From the NCBI GenBank assembly GCA_030390025.1, contig CM059425.1, positions 215,636,001-215,700,000 on the forward strand: DNA of 64,000 nucleotides, in the 5' to 3' direction. The DNA is from Squalus acanthias (Eukaryota). Positions 60,050 through 64,000 of the stretch are shown piece by piece. Below the pieces are notes generated by a model. The model made no database searches and was not told where the DNA came from. It saw nothing but the letters and a program-made list of their open reading frames with translations. Both the position numbers and the translations under genes were made by a program. The first letter of the stretch is position 1, and every line of letters starts with the position of its first letter.

Positions 60050-63000
60050 TCATAGAATCATAGAATGGTTACAGCACGGAAGAAGGCCATTTGGCCCATT
60101 GAGCCCGTGCCGGCTCTCTGCAAGAGCACTTCAGCTAGTCCCACTCCCCTGCCCTTTCCCTGTAGCCCTGCAAATTTTTTTACTTCAGATACTTATCCAA
60201 CTCCCTTTTGAAAGCTATGATTGAGTCTGCCTCCACCACCCTTTCAGGCAGTGCATTCCAGATCTTAACCACTCACTGTGTAAAAAAGTTTTTTCTTACG
60301 TCGCCTTTGGTTCTTTTGCCAATCACTTTAAATCTGTGTCCTCTGGTTCTCGACCCTTCTGCCAATGGGAACAGTTTCCCTCTATCTACTCTGTCCAGAC
60401 CCCTCATGATTTTGAACACCTCTATCAAATCTCCTCTCAATCTTCTCTGCTCCAAGGAGAACAACCCCAGCTTCTCCAGTCTATCAATGTAACTGAAGTC
60501 CCTCATCCCTGGAATCATTCTCATAAATCTTTTCTGCACCCTCTCTAAGTCCTTCACATCCTTCCTAAAGTGTGGTGCCCAGAATTGGACACAGTACTCC
60601 AGTTGGGGCCGAACCAGTGTTTTATACAGGGTCATCATAATGTCCACACTTTTGTACTCTATACCTCTATTTATGAAGCCCAGGATCCCTTAAGCTTTTT
60701 TAACTGCTTTCTCAACCTGCCCTGCCACCTTCAACGATTTGTACACACATACCCCCAGGTCGCTCTGTTCGTGCACCCCCTTTAGGATTGTACCATTTAG
60801 TTTATATATCCTCTCCTCATTCTACCAAAATGTATCACTTCACACTTTTCTGCATTAAATTTCATCTGCCATGTGTCCGCCCATTTCAGCAGCCTGTCTC
60901 TGTCTTCCTGAAGTCTATCACTCTCCTCCTCACTGTTTACTATACTTCCAAGTTTTGTGTCATCTGCGAATTTTGAAATTGTGCCCTGTACACCCACATC
61001 CAAGTCATTAATATATATCAAGAAAAGCAGTGGTCCTAGAATCGACCCCTGGGGAACACCACTGTATACCTTCCTCCAGTCCAAAAAACAACTGTTCACC
61101 ACTACTCTCTGTTTCCTATCACTTAGCCAATTCCGTATCCATGCTGCCACTGTCCCTTTTATTCCATGGGCTTCAACTTTGCTGGAAAGCCTATTATGTG
61201 GCACTTTGTCTAAATCCATGTACACTACGTCAATTGCATTATCCTCATCAACCCTCTCTGTTATCTCATCAAAGAACTCAATCAAGTTAGTTAAACACGA
61301 TTTGCTTTGAACAAATCCGTGCTGGCTTTCCTTAATTAATCCACACTTGTCCAAGTTACTGTTAATTTTGTCCCTGATTACTGTTTCTAAAAGCTTCCCC
61401 ACTACCGAGGTCAAACTGACTGGCCTTTGGTTGCTGGGTTTATCTTTACACCCTTTTTTGAACAATGTTGTAACATTTGCAATTCTCCAGTTCTCCGGCA
61501 CCACCCTCGTATCTAAGGAGGATTGGAATATTATGGCCAGTACCGCCACGATTTCCTCCCTCAATTCCCTCAGCATCTAGGATGCATCCTGACATGAATC
61601 TTGTATGAAGTAATACTGGGTGGCCTGCTGGTGGTGCTGTCCAGGGAGAGTATAAATACTCGGGCATGAGCCCAGCTTGCTTAGGACATTCCTCAACAGG
61701 AACTAGTGAAGGACACAACTAGATCTCCATGTTGAAAACCAGTTGAGTAAAGCTTTGTTTAACACTTAGACCAAGTGCCTAGTAGTTTTCTTACGTCACA
61801 TCCCATCCGCTCCTGGTGACTTATCTACTTTAAGTACAGCCAATCTTTCTAATACCTCCTCTTTATCAATTTTTATCCTATCAAGTATCTCCACTATCTC
61901 CTCCTTTACTATGTCTATGGCAGCATCCTCTTCCTTGGTGAAGACAGATGCAAAGTACTCGTTTAGTACCTCAGCCTCCATGCATAGGTCTCCTTTTTGG
62001 TCCCTAATTGGCCCCACCCCTCCTCTTACTACCCTTTTAATATTTATATGCCTATAGAAGACTTTTGGATTACCTTTTATGTTGGCTGCCATTCTATTCT
62101 CATACCCTCTCTTTGCCCCTCTTATTTTCTTTTTCACTTCTCCTCTGACCTTTTCATATATAGCCCGATTCTCAGATGTATTTGCAACCTGACATCTGTC
62201 ATATGCGCTCTTTTTCTACTTCATCATATTCTCTATCTCTTTCGTCATCCAGGGAGCCCTGAATTTAGTTGCCCTGCCTTTCCCCCTAGTGGGAATGTAC
62301 CTCAACTGTATCTGAACTATTTCCTCTTTAAAGGCAGCCCATTGTTCCATTACAGTTTTGGCTGCCAATCTTTGATTCCAGTTTACCCGGGTCAGATCCG
62401 TTCTCATCCCCCTGAAATTGGCCTTTTTACTCTAGATTGCTCCCTGTCCATTTCCATAACTAATCTAAACCTTATGATACTCTGATCACTGTTCCCTAAA
62501 TGTTCATCTACTGACACTTGCTCCACTTGATCTATCACATTCCCCAGAACCAGATCCAGCAATGCCTCCTCCCTCGTCGGGCCGGAAACATACTGATCAA
62601 GAAAGTTCTCCTGAACACACTTCAGAAATTCTTCCCATTCTCTCCCCTTTACACTATTACGATTCCAGTCTATATTAGGATAGTTGAAGTCCCCCATTAT
62701 TACTACTCTATAGTTCTTGCACCTCCCTGTAATTTCTCTGCAAATTTGCTCCTCCATATCTTTCCCAATATTTGGTGGTCTATAGAATACACCTAGTAGT
62801 GTAATGGCACCTCTATTATTTCTTAACTCTAGCCATATAGATTCTGTCCCTGACTCCTCCAGGACATCCTCTCTCTCCAGCACTGTAACATTCTCCTTGA
62901 CCAATACTGTCACACCACATCCTATCTTTCTTTCCCTATCTTTCCTGAACTCCTTATAACCAGGAATATTTAATACCTAATTCTGCCCTTTTTTGAGCCA

Positions 63001-63120
63001 GGTCTCAGTTATTGCCACAACATCATATTCCCATGTGGCTATTTGTGCCTGCAGCTCACTTACCTTGTTTACTACACTTCGTGTGTTCACATACATACTG
63101 TAAACCCATCTTAGACCATC
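60050..63120 (-). mobile_element. CR1 LINE spanning ORF2 from APE to RT to 3' UTR, decayed
   Basis: [70 protein letters not shown]; several frameshifts; (ATTCTATG)n tail. Confidence 0.95.
61590..61798 (+). mobile_element. Solo LTR (209 bp) inserted in CR1
   Basis: TG...CA termini with inverted ends TGACATGAA / TTACGTCA; 5-bp TSD CATCC (61585-61589, 61799-61803); TATAAATA at 61651 and AGTAAA at 61746. Confidence 0.8.
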
Positions 63121-63369
63121 CTGTATTTGTGAAGGAATAGCCATATTCAGAAAAATACACCGTTCTATGAACAGAATTCTAGCCTTATTAAACATGACTA
63201 ACTGGGTTTAAAAATCTAAAAGCCTCAACGACACAAAGCTGTAAACACCATACAGGCTTTTGAGATAAGATGGGTTGTTGACACTGAAACAATAGCCCTA
63301 TTGAAGCAGCAGGTTGGAGGTTCCAAAAAGTCTGCAGATTGGAAAACAGACAATGATATACCCAGTTAA

Positions 63370-63880
63370 ATTGTTTTAAACCAACACTTTGTAAACAGGC
63401 ACATGAACGAGCACAATGGTATCATGTTAAGGTGTCATAAACCAACACTTCGGGAAACAGAAACACAGAACATTGAAGAAACATATGTCATCATAAATAT
63501 GACATCAAATGAAAGACAGTAGACATAATTCTTAATACAACCAACTGAGGTGGCTAGGGGGACAATGGTGCATCTGGTTGAAGTGTTTTTAATTTACATG
63601 TTGTAAAAAGATACAAACAGAAGACTTTCATAAATATGACATCAATAGATGCACCAAGCAATCACATTGTTTTTGTGTTGAACTTGGAACACATAGGAGA
63701 CACGAAGTCTGCTTACAACCAGCTGAGGTGACTTAAGAATTGAACAAGAGACCTTCGTAAAAATGACATCAAATAGAACCACTGCTGTCACATTGTTTTT
63801 ATGATAAGTTTTGATAAGTTTTGAACACCTAAAGGAGGAGACATAATTCTTAATGCAACAAATGAACTGACTGTAAGAAT
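63370..63880. repeat. Degenerate tandem repeat, unit about 130-180 bp
   Basis: ATGACATCAA at 63499, 63636 and 63763; AGACATAATTCTTAAT-like blocks at about 63521, 63698 and 63839; TCACATTGTTTTT twice. Confidence 0.6.
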
Positions 63881-64000
63881 AGCAGGGGTCAACAGAAAGA
63901 TGACTAGAGATAATTAGCTTACATCAGCAGAATAAGGATCTCTGAGAATAAGAATTGTAAGCTATTTGTTTTTGGAATTGTTAAAGTTGTGATTGAATCA

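Noticed and set aside
47655-64000. Next upstream GLIS3 exon
   Set aside because: No segment with matching peptide and splice sites found; probably beyond the window, though I may have missed a diverged exon
1-64000. CRISPR array or prokaryotic system
   Set aside because: No regular repeat-spacer structure or operons; the sequence is eukaryotic with spliceosomal introns

Overview
Vertebrate genomic DNA, most likely a shark or other cartilaginous fish (inferred from HE1/V-type SINEs, abundant CR1 and L2 LINEs, and DeuSINE- and LF-SINE-like repeats). The only host gene I can identify is the 3' end of GLIS3 on the minus strand: a 183-nt penultimate coding exon (47472-47654), a 34.3-kb final intron, the last coding exon (13055-13191, ending ...DRCPSQLSSIYTEG*) and a TE-poor 3' UTR of about 5 kb ending near an AATAAA at 8036-8041. 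Most of the rest is transposable elements: CR1, L2, Penelope-like elements carrying minimal hammerhead ribozyme motifs, tRNA-derived SINEs, a dense and partly nested cluster of two-gene PIF/Harbinger transposons (HARBI1-like transposase plus a spliced Myb/SANT gene) with hairpin-rich MITEs, one hAT MITE and one solo LTR. The best leads are the hammerhead motifs (one intact copy in the sense direction of the GLIS3 pre-mRNA), two phase-compatible candidate alternative last exons for GLIS3 inside the final intron, and the Harbinger family itself. Family assignments come from recalled motifs, not database searches. Repeat boundaries without a stated TSD or TIR are approximate.
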